Assembly: GCA_964509715.1 (NCBI GenBank)
Contig: CAZDYD010000003.1
Coordinates: 1,436 to 65,435, forward strand
Source of the DNA: an uncultured Chitinophagales bacterium
Lineage (GTDB): Bacteria; Bacteroidota; Rhodothermia; Balneolales; HLUCCA01
DNA length: 64,000 nt
Reading direction: 5' to 3'
The notes below the pieces were generated by a model, which ran no database searches, was not told the DNA's origin, and saw only the letters and a program-made list of their open reading frames with translations. The position numbers and the translations under genes are program-made. Below, piece by piece: positions 9,758-19,613 of the stretch; position 1 is the first letter of the stretch; every line of letters starts with the position of its first letter.

Positions 9758-12277
9758 TTGATGGGTAAATTTAAGCGAAAAAGGCTTCAATATTTGTTTA
9801 AATTTGGCTGTTCATATTTAATCGTGCCAATCAGAAGTTATTCGATAAAAACACCAACAGGTTTCGAGTTGAAAATTTATCCGCAGAATACTACCGAAAA
9901 ACTCGGTTTCAATGCTATCATTGAGGAAACGCTGCTAAAAGTACATTCCGATGTTGCTGCAGAGTATTTGGGGACATTGCAACCTGTGAGTGATTTTAAT
10001 CAAACGGTTCGTCAACTTGATCGGACGGCTGAAGCAATGAGATTAATCCGAATTGGAGATCCATTGCCATTGAATGAAATGGCCGACATTCGCCCGGCGA
10101 TGAATCGGGCGCGACCAGAAGGTAGCGTACTTGATCCTGGATCCATCCTCCAGATAGGTCAGATAGTACTGATGGCTCGCAGAATAAAGCAATACTTCCA
10201 GCAGCGTGATGATCAATATCCCAACTGGCTTGAATATTGTGAGCCCATAGTCACATTGAAACACCTTGAGGATAAGATATTCAAGGTGTTGACCGAACAG
10301 GGTGGAATCAGAGATAACGCCTCCCCTGAATTGCAGACCATACGCCGTAATCTGAATGCGCGCAAGAATGATTTGAGGTCAACATTAAGTAAAGTGCTCA
10401 GACAGGCGTCTAAAGACGGTTTTCTAAGCGAACAGGAACCAACGATCAGAAACGGACGTATGGTGCTTGCCATCAAGTCCGAACACAAACGTAAAATCAG
10501 TGGATTCATCCACGATTCTTCGTCCACCGGACAGACCGTTTATTTGGAACCTGTGGAGGCGCTTCATATTAATAATGATATTCGCCAGCTTGAAAATGAA
10601 GAAGCCCGCGAAATTGAAAGGATACTTCGGATTCTAACGAAGGACATCAGAGAAGAAATTGATCCTGTCCTGAGGAATGCCCAGATTTTGGGTATGGTTG
10701 ATGCCGGGTTTGCAATTGCAAGGCTCTCTGTAGAATTGAATGGGGTTGTTCCGGAAGTTTATGAGAATGGTCGAGAGGTGAGATTGGTCAGAGCATTCAA
10801 TCCACATCTCTTGCTGAAAAAAATCAGGGATGGTATTAAAGAGGATATCGTTCCTTTGGATGTTGCACTCGAAAAGAACGAACGATGTGTTGTGATCACA
10901 GGTCCGAATGCAGGTGGTAAATCGGTCGCGCTTAAAACACTTGGACTTTTGAGTCTCATGATACAGTGTGGTTATGCGGTACCCCTTTCTGAGGGATCCA
11001 TTCTTCCCATTTTTGAGTCTCTTTATGTTGATATGGGTGATGAACAAAGTATAGAGAATGATCTGAGTACTTTTTCATCCCGTCTTACTTGGATGCGAAA
11101 ATCTGCTATTGTTGCAAACAACCGGAGTTTGGTGCTTATCGATGAAGCTGGAACCGGAACTGATCCGGAAGAAGGAGTCGCACTCTATCAGTCGCTTATT
11201 GAGACATTGATTTCAGCTGATGCCCTGACCATTGTGACCACACATCACGGAAATTTGAAGGTTTTTGCTCATAATAATCCATTCGCCGTAAATGCATCGA
11301 TGGAATTTGATCAGGTAAACCTGTCGCCAACCTATCGCTTTCAAAAGGGGTTGCCGGGAAGTAGCTATGCGTTTGAAATTGCACAGAGAATTGGGGTGCC
11401 CGATGCGATTTTATCCAGAGCTCGAGAATTGATCGGTGACACTCGAAATAGATTGGAACAACTCATCGCTGCGTTGGAAAAAGGGGCTCAGGAGACCAAT
11501 TCGACCAAACTCGAGACACAAAAGCAATTGAATGAGGCGAACAGATTGATCCAGCTATACCACGAGAAGCAGGAATCATTGAACAAAGAACGTGACCGGA
11601 TCCGTGAAAAAGCCCTCATTGAAGCTAGTGAGATCATGCGGGGTGCGAATCGTAAAGTTGAAGAGGCCGTGCGCAAAATTGCCGAAGGAAGTGCAGATAA
11701 GCAGGGTGTTAAGGATATAAGGAAAGAACTTGATAAAGAGCAACGGAATATTGCTTCCGAGCTGGCTAACCTGACCGAAAAAAAACAACCAAAAGCGCTT
11801 GGGACTCCACCAAAGATCGGTGATACGGTCAGAATGGCTGATGGTAACACGACAGGTGAGCTTATTGAGATTAATGGAAATCAGGCCATTGTCCTGGCTT
11901 CAGGTCTCAGGTTAAAGACCCAATTCAAGAACCTGGTAAAAGTGCAGGCTCCGGCGAAAAACAAAAGAGATAAAGTTGGCGTGGTTGTGTTGACATCTGT
12001 TGATGATCCTGACGATGGAATAGTCAGGGCGGTATCCTCTACATTGGACTTAAGAGGTAAACGGGGAAATGAGGCTATTCAGGAGTTGACCTATTTTCTG
12101 GACAAAATCGTAGTATCTGGATTGCATCAGGCCGAGGTGATTCATGGAAAAGGGGATGGGATTCTAAGAAAACTGGTGCATGAGCATCTGCAATCACGTA
12201 AAGAGGTTAAATCATTCCAGCTGGCTCCGTGGGAGCAAGGTGGACCGGGATGTACTATTGTAACACTAAAAGGTTAA
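9758..12277 (+). CDS. mutS2: Endonuclease MutS2 (MutS domains plus C-terminal Smr domain)
   Basis: Walker A ITGPNAGGKSV, LIDEAGTGTDP, a coiled-coil linker and the Smr domain (LDLRGKRGNEA...VIHGKGDGILR). The start is uncertain: the in-frame TTG at 9869 (LKIYPQNTTEKLGF...) fits typical MutS2 N-termini. It would also leave a 130-nt divergent promoter region rather than 18 nt. Confidence 0.93.
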   Translation: MMGKFKRKRLQYLFKFGCSYLIVPIRSYSIKTPTGFELKIYPQNTTEKLGFNAIIEETLLKVHSDVAAEYLGTLQPVSDFNQTVRQLDRTAEAMRLIRIGDPLPLNEMADIRPAMNRARPEGSVLDPGSILQIGQIVLMARRIKQYFQQRDDQYPNWLEYCEPIVTLKHLEDKIFKVLTEQGGIRDNASPELQTIRRNLNARKNDLRSTLSKVLRQASKDGFLSEQEPTIRNGRMVLAIKSEHKRKISGFIHDSSSTGQTVYLEPVEALHINNDIRQLENEEAREIERILRILTKDIREEIDPVLRNAQILGMVDAGFAIARLSVELNGVVPEVYENGREVRLVRAFNPHLLLKKIRDGIKEDIVPLDVALEKNERCVVITGPNAGGKSVALKTLGLLSLMIQCGYAVPLSEGSILPIFESLYVDMGDEQSIENDLSTFSSRLTWMRKSAIVANNRSLVLIDEAGTGTDPEEGVALYQSLIETLISADALTIVTTHHGNLKVFAHNNPFAVNASMEFDQVNLSPTYRFQKGLPGSSYAFEIAQRIGVPDAILSRARELIGDTRNRLEQLIAALEKGAQETNSTKLETQKQLNEANRLIQLYHEKQESLNKERDRIREKALIEASEIMRGANRKVEEAVRKIAEGSADKQGVKDIRKELDKEQRNIASELANLTEKKQPKALGTPPKIGDTVRMADGNTTGELIEINGNQAIVLASGLRLKTQFKNLVKVQAPAKNKRDKVGVVVLTSVDDPDDGIVRAVSSTLDLRGKRGNEAIQELTYFLDKIVVSGLHQAEVIHGKGDGILRKLVHEHLQSRKEVKSFQLAPWEQGGPGCTIVTLKG

Positions 12278-12280
12278 TGA

Positions 12281-13129
12281 ATGTTGATATTATTGATGAT
12301 TTTGGTAGGGTTGTTTGCCGGAACTATGTCGGGTCTGCTTGGGATTGGTGGAGGTACCGTTTTTACTCCGGTCTTGTTTTATTTTTTCGATCGGGGTGGA
12401 GTTGAAAACCCAGAACTTTGGACCATTGGGACCTCATTGTTTTGCACCTTTGCGGCATCCTCGGGTGGGACACTAAAACATATCCATCAAAGCAGTGCTT
12501 TTTTAAGGGAAAGTTTGGTTGTAGGAATTTTTGGCGTCATTGGAACAGCTTTGGGCAAGTTGGTGGCTACTTCTTCCTGGTTCACACGTGAGGAATTTCT
12601 TTTGGTCATAGCTGTGGTTTTTTTATACACGGGGATCAATTTCATGCTGAAAAGTTACAAGACACGAAATGATGTCAAAGAAATTGCCCGGGACCGCTTC
12701 ATCGGTAAGGCCGATTCAGTAACAGTTGGTGGAGCAGGTGGGTTTTTGGCATCCATTTCGGGACTTGGGGGCGGAGTATTAATGGTTCCCATCATGAATC
12801 TGGGCTTTAAATTTTCATTGAGAAAATCGGTCAGCGTCTCTGAATTTGCTATTGTGATCATCTCTGCTGCCGGATTTATTCAGTACATGTTGCGATCTCC
12901 CGTTCAGGATCACGCTGTGGGAGTGGGTGAGGGTTATACAACCATAACAACGTATGCGCTGGGTTATATTGATTTTGGGTTAAGCATGCCATTGGTAATC
13001 GGTGCCTTCTTCGGAGCCATGTTCGGTGTGTGGTTACACGATAAAATCAACACAAGTGTTACTAAATTCATATTCGGGATTCTTGTATTGTTTGTATCCG
13101 TTCGTATGTTTATTGAACTGCTGAACTAA
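12281..13129 (+). CDS. TauE/SafE (DUF81) family sulfite/anion exporter-like membrane protein
   Basis: About 8 TM segments with the duplicated GxGGG motif (LLGIGGGTVFTP and SGLGGGVLMVP). Confidence 0.85.
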   Translation: MLILLMILVGLFAGTMSGLLGIGGGTVFTPVLFYFFDRGGVENPELWTIGTSLFCTFAASSGGTLKHIHQSSAFLRESLVVGIFGVIGTALGKLVATSSWFTREEFLLVIAVVFLYTGINFMLKSYKTRNDVKEIARDRFIGKADSVTVGGAGGFLASISGLGGGVLMVPIMNLGFKFSLRKSVSVSEFAIVIISAAGFIQYMLRSPVQDHAVGVGEGYTTITTYALGYIDFGLSMPLVIGAFFGAMFGVWLHDKINTSVTKFIFGILVLFVSVRMFIELLN

Positions 13130-13235
13130 CATATCACCAGCAATATATGAGCAGAAAAAAAGACTCATTATTATAGCAAATTCCATAACTTGGCCAGTGA
13201 AAAATCAAATTCATTTACCGGAATAAAACGAATTA

Positions 13236-13751
13236 ATGGATAGAACTTGGCGAGCTTTCTATACTAAACCACGGCATGAAATCAAGATAACGAATAGGCT
13301 TGATGAGGCAGGGTTCTCTGTGTATTGTCCGGTAGTAAAAATGAAAGTCCGCTGGAGCGATAGATGGAAAAAAGTCACCAGGCCCGCCTTGCCCGGATAC
13401 TTGTTTGTCCACGTCACTGAAGAGGAACGAATCATGGTTCTTCAGGACAAATCGGTGCTCAACTCAGTGATGTGGAACAAAAAACTCGCTGAAATTTCCA
13501 ATGAGGAAATTGAATTGATGAAGTTGGTGCTTGATGATGCTGAGCATGTTGAGACTACTGACATCACCGAAGGCGATCGTGTCGAGATCTCGAGGGGGTC
13601 ATTTACTGGTCAGAGCGGTATCGTGGTTCAGGTTTCGAACAAGACGGTGAGATTACGCATAGACTCGATGCAATGTGACATGACCATCAACGTTCCACTT
13701 GTTCGAATCGACAAGATCAGAGAACAGATGGGTATCACAGAACGAAGCTAA
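13236..13751 (+). CDS. UpxY-family (NusG/RfaH paralog) locus-specific transcription antiterminator
   Basis: NGN domain start WRAFYTKPRHEIKITNRLDEAGFSVYCPV and KOW motif GDRVEISRGSFTGQSGIVVQV. It sits at the head of a polysaccharide locus, as UpxY does in Bacteroides. Confidence 0.85.
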   Translation: MDRTWRAFYTKPRHEIKITNRLDEAGFSVYCPVVKMKVRWSDRWKKVTRPALPGYLFVHVTEEERIMVLQDKSVLNSVMWNKKLAEISNEEIELMKLVLDDAEHVETTDITEGDRVEISRGSFTGQSGIVVQVSNKTVRLRIDSMQCDMTINVPLVRIDKIREQMGITERS

Positions 13752-13855
13752 GAAGCTGTTTGAGTGTTTTGAAAAAATGAGTAATTTATCTACTCGTTTT
13801 TGTGTAGCATTGTGACTCACAACGGCGAAGCCATGCCAATAGTTGGCATCATATT

Positions 13856-14383
13856 ATGCTGGATATACTAATCAGTAACAAAACCCGGGTCAAATTGTTG
13901 CTGCGGTTTTTCTTAAATCCGCAACAAAAAGCCTATCTTCGTGGCCTTGAAAAGGAATTTCAGGACAGCACAAATTCAATTAGGCTGGAACTGAACAGAT
14001 TTGAGGAGGCTGGGTTGATCAGTTCCTTCAAAGAAGGAAACAAAAAGATGTATCGGGTCAATTCCAAGTACCCGCTTTTCAATGATCTACACTCCCTTGC
14101 TATGAAACACTTTGGTGTGGATCAGATCCTGGACCATATTGTCTCAAATCTTGGAGTACTCAAAGCTGTATACCTCACGGGAGATCTTGCGGCGGGGCGT
14201 GATTCTGATTTATTGGACATTGCCATCGTTGGTGACAATATAGACCGTGAATATTTGGCAACATTAGTTGAAAAAACGGAACAGTTGATCAATCGAAAAA
14301 TCCGAACCGTGGTGTTCAATTCAGACGAGACCAGTAAGATTCCGGAAACCCGCTTATTGATTTTCGAAGGACGGGTTGAATAA
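13856..14383 (+). CDS. Winged-helix (ArsR-like) DNA-binding protein with C-terminal nucleotidyltransferase-like domain
   Basis: The N-terminus (KTRVKLLLRFFLNPQQKAYLRGLEKEF...IRLELNRFEEAGLI) looks like a wHTH. The C-terminal half has a minimal NTase-like G-x-x-A-x-G...D-x-D pattern (LTGDLAAGRDSDLLDIAIVGD). Confidence 0.55.
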   Translation: MLDILISNKTRVKLLLRFFLNPQQKAYLRGLEKEFQDSTNSIRLELNRFEEAGLISSFKEGNKKMYRVNSKYPLFNDLHSLAMKHFGVDQILDHIVSNLGVLKAVYLTGDLAAGRDSDLLDIAIVGDNIDREYLATLVEKTEQLINRKIRTVVFNSDETSKIPETRLLIFEGRVE

Positions 14384-14559
14384 TCGATGGTACGAGCTTC
14401 GATAATCAGTCCGAATATTGTATAACAACGACCAATCATTGAAATCATCATGAAACTATGGTTTGATTTCAGTAATTTTAACCTTTTGATTACGTTAAAC
14501 TCACCAGGCAACGCAGATCAAAATCCGAAATCCATATTTAATCAAAGCGAATTAGTCCA

Positions 14560-17265
14560 ATGATGACACCAATCAAACGCTTTACGGGCGCTTCAATCTT
14601 TGCATTATTAAGTCTGTTTCTGCTGAGTTCATCAGTAATTGCGCAAAGTTCACAGACCGGAAGCCAAACTTCTGGATCGACCTCGCAACAAATACCACCT
14701 GGTATGACACAACAGCAGTGGCAACAGGTCCAACAGCAGATGCAACAACAACAAGGTCAAGGCGTAGGTACTGTTCAGGGACAAACAGCTCAGTATAATC
14801 CGGATGGCTTTATTGGAACTTTCAATATGGTACGCCTCCAGCAGGAGTTGACCCGTCGTGGAGTAACTCGGGAAGAATTGAGAAGTCGACTGGCGCGCAA
14901 GGGTATCCTACTTGAGAATATTCAGGAGGAGAACATGCCCAGGTATCGTGATGTCATCATGCAGACCATTACAGAAATTCAGATCGAAAAAATGGGTGAA
15001 CAGGATGCCAAGCAACTTGCATTGGAACAACTTCTACGGGAATTAGACCCCAAGTTTGTGATCCCGGCTTCTGTGCGGACAGTTACTGAAGAAGATCTGC
15101 GGATGAGATTGCTTGAAAAGGGGATTATTTTCGAGAACATTACAGCAAGCCAATTCCCGCGCTATGAGGACATTGTCCGTCAGACACTACTCGATTTGCA
15201 AGCAGAGTTAGAGGCTGAACAACGTGAAGAGCAATTGAACCGTATTTATGGTCACAGCATTTTCAAGGACAACACACTTGAAGCATATCGTTTGACTCAA
15301 GGATCGAGCGCGACACTGAATTATGTACTTGGTACAAATGATATTGTCCGTGTTACCATCTTTGGTACCTCGTCAGCTGACCTTGTATTGGAAGTTAATG
15401 AGCAGGGATATGTCCAACCTCAAGGAATGCCTCAGATATATCTGAGGGGGTTGACTGTGGGACAGGCAAGAGATCTGCTACGTCAGCGATTTGCTCCACA
15501 TTTTACATTCAGAAATGACCAATTTGTAGTAACTGTGCAGGAAACCAGACCAATAACTGTGAGCGTTATTGGTGAATCTGTTCGCACTGGTACTTATTAC
15601 CTTTCGGCGATGAACTCGGTATTTAATTTGCTTTCAAATGCCGGGGGACCATCTGAAATTGGATCTGTACGTCAAATTGAGCACATCAGCGGAACAACAC
15701 GTAAAGTTGTGGATGTGTATCAATTGATGCGGGATCCGTCAACTCAATACAGATTTGACCTGCAACACAATGATGTCATCAATATTCCTGTTGCCAGAAA
15801 GATTGTCAGGATCGAGGGGGCTGTTCGACGTCCAATGCGTTATGAAATGCTCGATAATGAATCATTGATCGAGCTAATTGAATTTGCCGGCGGACTAACA
15901 GAATCTGCATTTCCTGACTTTGTCCAGGTCAGACGTTTTGATCGTGGTGAATCTACCTTACTGGAGTTCAGTCTTAGGGATGTGCTTGAAGGACGAGAAA
16001 TAGTTGAGCTACGGTCAGGTGATCTCATACGTGTACGTACTTCCGAAAACGCGCTCATGAGAAAAGTCACTGTTTCAGGGTTTGTGAATTATCCAGGAGA
16101 GTTTGGTTATAGAGAAGGAATTACAGTTGGAGAAGCTATTTCCTTGGCAGGAGGACTTCGCCCCTCAGCTTTTGAGCAGGCATTTATCGAACGTAGACCT
16201 CTAAGAGATACAACGATCGCGAGATATATTCCGATCAATCTTGGAACCCAGGCGGGTATGTCGACAGTGTTACAAGCCAACGACAATATCATGATCTATG
16301 ATCGATCACTTTATTCCAACATTGGAGATTTGTCAATCACTGGTGCGGTGAAACAGTCACAACACTTTACGTTCGATCCTGACTTCACTCTAAGTGATCT
16401 GTTTACCGCAGCTGGTGGATTTGCTGTGGGAGCGGCATATAATCGTGTTGAGGTGTTCAGAACGACAGTCTACACAGACAGACCAGTGACAATGGAACTG
16501 ATTACACTTGAACTGGATGCCAACTACAATGTGATCTCACCAGTCGGTGGTTTTACTTTAAAACCTTATGATAAAATAGTGGTAAGGCAGACACCAGGTT
16601 TTCAGCTAAGTAGAACCGTTGAAATCAATGGTGAGGTCGAGTATCCCGGGGTATATCCTTTGGAATCACGTCAAACGCATTTGAGTGATATCATCCTTGA
16701 ATCGGGTGGATTACGTGGTCAGGCTGATCCGATCGGAAGTACGGTATTTCGGACCCAGGGTGATCGCGGGTATATCATTACGAACCTTACTGATGTAATG
16801 AACAATCGTCGAAATGAAGCATATGACCCTATTTTGTTCGAAGGAGATGTCATCACGATTTCACGCCGTGAGAACATCGTAAGTATACGTCCAACCGGAA
16901 CACGTATGAGTATGGCTGTAGATGAAGCCATGGTTCGTCGCAGTCTGAACCTGACTTTTCAGGGTGAAAAATCCGCAAAATGGTACATTCAGAATTATGC
17001 GGGTGGATTTGAGAAAAACGCTGATAAAAACAGTGTGACAGTAACTCTCAAAAATGGCCAGGTACTTAGTACGCGACGATACTTGTTTCTTTTCAGAAGG
17101 TATCCAAAGGTTCAATCCGGATCTACCATACAAATAGCGATGAAACCGGAAAAAATCCCGGGAGAAAGTGGATTTGATTATGACCAGTTCCTGACCCGTA
17201 CGGCTCAGACTACGACTTCCTTCCTTACGATCTTATTGTTGATGCAGCAATTACAAAGGAATTAA
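14560..17265 (+). CDS. Large outer-membrane polysaccharide export protein (Wza/OPX family; Poly_export plus multiple SLBB repeats)
   Basis: Signal peptide, Poly_export-like segment (YVLGTNDIVRVTIFG...QGYVQPQGMPQIYLRGLTVGQARDLL) and at least 4 SLBB-like repeats (GAVRRP..., VSGFVNYPGEF..., ITGAVKQSQHF..., INGEVEYPGVY...). The N-terminus has a Q-rich tract and two HeH-like repeats. Confidence 0.85.
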   Translation: MMTPIKRFTGASIFALLSLFLLSSSVIAQSSQTGSQTSGSTSQQIPPGMTQQQWQQVQQQMQQQQGQGVGTVQGQTAQYNPDGFIGTFNMVRLQQELTRRGVTREELRSRLARKGILLENIQEENMPRYRDVIMQTITEIQIEKMGEQDAKQLALEQLLRELDPKFVIPASVRTVTEEDLRMRLLEKGIIFENITASQFPRYEDIVRQTLLDLQAELEAEQREEQLNRIYGHSIFKDNTLEAYRLTQGSSATLNYVLGTNDIVRVTIFGTSSADLVLEVNEQGYVQPQGMPQIYLRGLTVGQARDLLRQRFAPHFTFRNDQFVVTVQETRPITVSVIGESVRTGTYYLSAMNSVFNLLSNAGGPSEIGSVRQIEHISGTTRKVVDVYQLMRDPSTQYRFDLQHNDVINIPVARKIVRIEGAVRRPMRYEMLDNESLIELIEFAGGLTESAFPDFVQVRRFDRGESTLLEFSLRDVLEGREIVELRSGDLIRVRTSENALMRKVTVSGFVNYPGEFGYREGITVGEAISLAGGLRPSAFEQAFIERRPLRDTTIARYIPINLGTQAGMSTVLQANDNIMIYDRSLYSNIGDLSITGAVKQSQHFTFDPDFTLSDLFTAAGGFAVGAAYNRVEVFRTTVYTDRPVTMELITLELDANYNVISPVGGFTLKPYDKIVVRQTPGFQLSRTVEINGEVEYPGVYPLESRQTHLSDIILESGGLRGQADPIGSTVFRTQGDRGYIITNLTDVMNNRRNEAYDPILFEGDVITISRRENIVSIRPTGTRMSMAVDEAMVRRSLNLTFQGEKSAKWYIQNYAGGFEKNADKNSVTVTLKNGQVLSTRRYLFLFRRYPKVQSGSTIQIAMKPEKIPGESGFDYDQFLTRTAQTTTSFLTILLLMQQLQRN

Positions 17266-17267
17266 CC

Positions 17268-18500
17268 GTGAGTAAAAAGAAAAACGAAGAAGAGATTTCG
17301 ATCCCGGAACTCATTGTTCGGTTTCAGAAGTATCTTAAATTCTTGAGGAAGAAACAATTGGCCATCTGGATCTGGGTGGTCATCATGTTTGTTTTTGGTG
17401 TTATCAATGTGGTAACATCAGAGGATGAATACGAGGCTGTAAATGTTGTACTTACGTATTCCGCTTCCGGGACGAACGCGAGTGCACAGGCTGCGAGTAG
17501 GCTGGCAGGTCTAGCAGGAATCCAGCTCCCGACCGGACAGGTTGGTGAAACGAGGGTGGTCTCTGAAATGATGATACCAACGATTCTCAATACCTATCCT
17601 GTAGCTTATAAATTGGGGACACAAGAGTTACGATTCTATAATGAAGGTGTTACACTTACAGGATTAGAATATTTTTCAAGACCACCACAAAAAACAATTT
17701 TAGATCATCTCAAAAGCTGGACTATCGAAGCACCTATTCGATTTTTACAGTGGATCATGACCAAAATCGTAGGTGAACCTGAACGTGTGCGTCCGCCCGA
17801 TACAACGCAACAATCTTCTTCAAGTGAACCTCAAGTTGATACACCTCAAACGGACTCAATCTCACAGACACGTACGCGAACCGAACGTAGTCGCCCTGAA
17901 CACATATTTGTCGATAACAGAACCAATTTTGCACTGAGTCAACTTACCTCCCGAATTACCGTTAATGTGGAGGGGAACGTTATTACAGTAACAGCGAATA
18001 TGCCGGATCCCTATGCTGCTGCAGACCTGGCTCAGATTGCAACAGATATACTCATGCAGGAATTGGTGAATTTCGAAATCCGAAAAACGGAAGAAGATTT
18101 GGAGTTCTTGATGGAGCTTTATCACGAGAGTGAGGAGAAATATTACAGAACGCTTCGTAATCTGACGGATCTGCAAGATCGATTACGCAATGTGACGACC
18201 TCGTCGGCCAACATTGAACAGATAAAAGCCACAGGTGAGAATGAGATTGCCCGGCAACAATTTGGGCAGATCACGATGCGTGTTGAGCAGGCGCGAATCA
18301 AACTGAAAGAAGATACACCGTCGTTTGCAGTGTTGAATCCTGTGCAAATACCTCAACGTCCTTCCAATGCGAACCCGGTTGGAGTAATGATTATCTTTAT
18401 TTTTCTGGGCGGATTCCTGGGGATTGGTTGGGTGACTGTAAGAGGAGTGTATCAGGCCATGAAAGCAGAAGCAGAAGCAGAATCAAAATCTGAGTCGTAA
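17268..18500 (+). CDS. Wzz/PCP-family chain-length determinant protein (no kinase domain; PCP-1/PCP-3-like)
   Basis: N-terminal ISIPELIVRFQKYLKFL followed by a TM segment, a long coiled-coil periplasmic region and a second TM near the C-terminus (VGVMIIFIFLGGFLGIGWV). GTG start 3 nt after the OPX stop. Confidence 0.7.
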   Translation: MSKKKNEEEISIPELIVRFQKYLKFLRKKQLAIWIWVVIMFVFGVINVVTSEDEYEAVNVVLTYSASGTNASAQAASRLAGLAGIQLPTGQVGETRVVSEMMIPTILNTYPVAYKLGTQELRFYNEGVTLTGLEYFSRPPQKTILDHLKSWTIEAPIRFLQWIMTKIVGEPERVRPPDTTQQSSSSEPQVDTPQTDSISQTRTRTERSRPEHIFVDNRTNFALSQLTSRITVNVEGNVITVTANMPDPYAAADLAQIATDILMQELVNFEIRKTEEDLEFLMELYHESEEKYYRTLRNLTDLQDRLRNVTTSSANIEQIKATGENEIARQQFGQITMRVEQARIKLKEDTPSFAVLNPVQIPQRPSNANPVGVMIIFIFLGGFLGIGWVTVRGVYQAMKAEAEAESKSES

Positions 18501-18539
18501 GAGATTTTTCCCGAAATAAACTATTCAAGAGGATTAACA

Positions 18540-19604
18540 TTGGCTAACAAATACTTGGTAACTGGTGCTGCCGGTTTTATCGGGTTTCATGTGGTGCAGG
18601 CACTACTTGAACGTGGCGATACGGTAGTCGGGCTTGACAACATAAATGATTACTATGATGTCGGACTAAAACTGGCCAGACTTCGTGAAACAGGAATTGA
18701 AACAGATCGGGTGGTCGAAAATGAGCTCATTGCCAGTTCAACTTACAGAGGATACTCGTTCATAAAGACAGATCTCGAGAATCGTGAGATTGTCGAACAA
18801 CTTTTTGATACGCATAACTTTACCCATGTTTGCAATCTTGCTGCACAAGCAGGGGTCAGATACTCACTGAAGAATCCACATCGCTATATTGACAGTAATG
18901 TGTACGGATTCATGAACATCCTGGAGGGATGCCGACATCACAACATCCAAAATCTGGTCTATGCAAGTACATCCAGTGTGTATGGTTTGAATAGTCGGAT
19001 GCCGTATTCTGAGAATCATTCAACAGAACACCCCATCACACTTTATGCTGCGACCAAGAAGGCCAATGAAATGATGGCTCATAGCTATAGTCATCTTTTT
19101 GGTATTCCCGTAACCGGCTTGAGATTTTTCACGGTATATGGTCCGTGGGGACGTCCCGACATGGCATTTTTCCTGTTTACAGATGCAATTTACAAGGGTA
19201 ACCCCATCGATGTATACAACTATGGCAACATGGTTCGGGATTTCACTTATATAGATGACATTGTTGATGGTGTGGTTCGGTGTCTTGATCAACCGGCAAC
19301 AAAGAATACAACCTGGTCGGACAACGATGTTCCGAATCCGGCAACATCTTCAGCACCCTACAGGATATACAATATTGGAAATGCTACACCGGTTACACTT
19401 ACCGAATACATTGATGTGATCGAGGAGACGATTGGGATCAAAGCCAAACGAAACCTCATGCCAATCCAACCCGGCGATGTTGTGGCAACTCAGGCCGATG
19501 TGAGTGCCATTATGAACGAAAGAGGATATAATCCTAAAACTCCGGTACGACAGGGCATCAGGAATTTCATTATGTGGTACCGGGAATACTATAACATCAA
19601 GTAG
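18540..19604 (+). CDS. NAD-dependent nucleotide-sugar epimerase (UDP-glucuronate/UDP-hexuronate 4-epimerase type, extended SDR)
   Basis: GAAGFIGFH Rossmann motif, the YAATK catalytic YxxxK, and 354 aa with the Cap1J/LpsL-like layout (FRFFTVYGPWGRPDMA). Confidence 0.88.
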   Translation: MANKYLVTGAAGFIGFHVVQALLERGDTVVGLDNINDYYDVGLKLARLRETGIETDRVVENELIASSTYRGYSFIKTDLENREIVEQLFDTHNFTHVCNLAAQAGVRYSLKNPHRYIDSNVYGFMNILEGCRHHNIQNLVYASTSSVYGLNSRMPYSENHSTEHPITLYAATKKANEMMAHSYSHLFGIPVTGLRFFTVYGPWGRPDMAFFLFTDAIYKGNPIDVYNYGNMVRDFTYIDDIVDGVVRCLDQPATKNTTWSDNDVPNPATSSAPYRIYNIGNATPVTLTEYIDVIEETIGIKAKRNLMPIQPGDVVATQADVSAIMNERGYNPKTPVRQGIRNFIMWYREYYNIK

Positions 19605-19613
19605 AACGAAGCA

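Noticed and set aside
9758-9868. N-terminal 37 codons of the mutS2 ORF as called by the track
   Set aside because: These are probably not translated. The sequence (KFKRKRLQYLFKFGCSYLIV...) is not MutS2-like, and this start would leave only 18 nt for two divergent promoters. The TTG at 9869 is more plausible. The track coordinates are kept in the feature because the start cannot be proven.
13130-13235. Promoter or ops-like element for the UpxY-headed locus
   Set aside because: No RfaH-type ops (GGCGGTAG) was found here or in 13752-13855 and 14384-14559. The only match to the Bacteroidetes -7 motif is a weak one (TAACTTGG at 13186-13193) with no convincing -33 element, so no promoter is reported.
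13856-14383. MNT-type (nucleotidyltransferase) antitoxin of a HEPN/MNT toxin-antitoxin pair
   Set aside because: No HEPN-like partner ORF is adjacent. The NTase-like motif is degenerate and the N-terminus is a wHTH, so a regulator is the more parsimonious call.
14440-14471. Hairpin TGAAATCA...TGATTTCA upstream of the OPX gene
   Set aside because: The 8-bp stem is AT-rich with a 16-nt loop and no T-run. This is weak and likely fortuitous.
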